Under the pieces are notes generated by a model that had not been told where the DNA came from, ran no database searches, and was given only the letters and a program-made list of their open reading frames with translations. This document shows positions 61,801 to 64,000 of a stretch of DNA of 64,000 nt, in pieces. Position numbers and translations under genes: made by a program. Each line of letters starts with the position of its first letter. Positions within the stretch are counted from its first letter, which is position 1. This stretch comes from Pocillopora damicornis (Eukaryota). The DNA lies in assembly GCF_003704095.1 (NCBI RefSeq), contig NW_020846901.1, positions 186,001 through 250,000 on the forward strand. The letters run 5' to 3'.

Positions 61801-64000
61801 TTTAAAACAACAGATAGATTGATATCAAAGGCAAAGTTCCGGCGAATAGTTTTTCTATCAGATGATACTGGACGCGCCGAGTAAATGTCGACGGTCGGAC
61901 GGCGAGAGCGGAAATTTCGTGATTTTAGTCGAAACCCTGTTCGCCAAAGGGCGGAAGGGCGGAGGTGTTTATTTGTAAGAAAAACCTGTCAAGTTAAAAT
62001 CTTATGAAGCTTATGGAGTACTTCGAACGGAGTCAAGGAGCAGCTCTTGTAAATCTCAACCTAAAATGATGAGAAATTTGAACGCAAGGACGAAAAGTTT
62101 ACTGTCTCAAAGCATAACTTCAAAATAGCAAGTGATTAGTGCCCTCTTATTTTGCGTGAAAGATAGGCATCAGTGTCCTCAATTTTCTCTGCTTGTTTTT
62201 TCTACAGGGTTAAATTTTTTAAGTATATTAGGTTTCTTTGCGAAGCCAATATGTCAAGAACCCCTCAAAACTTTTTTAATTAGGAAATCTATCTTGTGAG
62301 CTAAGTCTGTGATTGACCGTTTGTCAGCGTTTGGTCAAGAGTAAGGATGAAACACCGTGCGTTGATATCACAGTGTTTTGAGACATTTCCTTCGCAAGAT
62401 AGGAATTTGATAAAGTCAAATGGTTGCTTGTCAAAACTCTTTTATAAAGCCATTTGCAGACATTATGACTGTAATCTCAGTTCCTGAGTAAGTCTGTGTT
62501 GATGGCTGGTATGTAGAGCTTTTAAAGGTGCTTTTATTGCGTTTTAAGGTTGGCAGCTCAGAGAAAAGTAACACGGGTTTTCAGTGAGACGTTCACAAAA
62601 CAGTAAAAGCAACAAAACTGACAACGACTACTGGAAAAAGCGAAGTAATATATTAGCGTTAACGTTTTCAGCTTCGTGCAATTCATACGGGAATTTAATC
62701 TGTCCGGTTTGAAGCCTTTTCATGTAATCTCTGGCTGGTTAACTAAATTTCCTCTTATCCAATTGCAAAAACAAACTCTCTTTTGTAGTTTATGCCCGAC
62801 CATTGTCTGTTGAATCCTATCTTTGATATCGACCACAACGCACGACAAACCCATGCAGGCACGCGAACATTGAATAACAATTCATAATTAGTTTGCATAT
62901 CTAATTAATTATCGCAGCAGCTAGCTATTGGAAACATGTGTTGCTGTTGTTTTTACATAAAGAAAGAATTGTAGGTCAATTAGAACCAAGATCAAAGCTC
63001 AAATCAGGAAGACATTAAATGAAAAATATTCACGTAGCATAAGTTTTTGTACAACGAGTTTCTACAAGGTCTTGTTCTGCGGCTTATTAATATTACTCAG
63101 TGTTACCTCTCAGCCTGAGAGATTATGGGTCAGTATTTTCAAGTGAACTGAAAATATAATCAGCAGTTTATTGGTTCTGTGCAACACCGTAAGCGCTGAC
63201 AAAGTTAAGCGCTTGTTATCAGAAACAAAACCGAAATACTTAAAGAACAGAAATTGAGTCACTTGCTCAGTGAAAAGCTAGCAAATGCCATTAAATACCT
63301 GTCGACCTCAAAATTTCGTTGGATGCCGTCTTATGAATTAAACGTCGACGTCTTAAGGCTTTTACAGCTTTGTAATGTTACTCGTTAAACAAAAGGTTTA
63401 CGTAGTTGACTCTTGTTGGAATTGACTATATATCAAGTGCTCCATTAAAGTAGGGTCAGTACGCCCTTATTTCACAAGAGTTATCAAAGATCAGAGCATC
63501 ATTCTCTTGTGAGATGAATGTGCGTGATTTTGAAGAATCAGTTTTACTCAGCCTGGAATGTGTGCAATTTAAAAAACATGGAACAGCGAGTGAGTTTCTA
63601 GCCAATTTCTCTCTGCAGCACACAATCCTAGATTTCCTTTGTTCACGTTGGTGAGAAGGTATCCTTCTCTGGCGAACCTCAAGGGTGGCTGTAGTGGTGA
63701 CATTAGACTTGTCAGACCGTTGCCAGTAAGTTCTAAAAAACTACAGTACGATTACAGTCGATTCACATCAAGTATTTCAGCCGGATTCAAATCGATTACA
63801 GTTTGGGTTCAATTCAATTAAATTTTGCAACAGTTTGCTTGGTTCACCCATTACATAATTCCGTATGCAACTTTTCACTTATAGTTCGTTTTTTTTTGTC
63901 CTTTTCCTCCTAACCCATCCCTTTGCTGATGGCGGACTCCATCACACCATCTCAGCTATGTAGTTTCACTGTTCAGATTGACACTAGCCTCACTTAATTA

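Noticed and set aside
56000-64000. Short ORFs upstream of the Fox gene
   Set aside because: No homology or splice-consistent structure visible; treated as intergenic or regulatory

Overview
AT-rich eukaryotic (animal) DNA. The repeat families and a FoxAB-type gene point to an anthozoan cnidarian, probably a stony coral (inference). Left half: a complete 33-exon CHD1/CHD2-family chromatin remodeller gene on the minus strand (CDS 26444->3215, ~1876 aa; I traced every GT-AG junction in frame by hand). It has a CpG-depleted gene body with many TTAA-flanked MITEs and SINEs, a complex 5' region (possible distal first exon, overlapping uORF, candidate microexons), and a minimal hammerhead-ribozyme motif in sense orientation inside one intron. 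A possible first coding exon of another minus-strand gene lies at the far left. Middle (28.3-42 kb): repeat-rich, with three 100-N gaps, an old ~3.3 kb duplication, a dead CR1/L2-type LINE abutting a Harbinger-like element, and orphan ORF remnants. Right: an intronless forkhead gene (FoxAB-like, C-terminal eh1 motif) within ~20 kb of non-coding, probably regulatory DNA. No rRNA, true tRNA or CRISPR was found.
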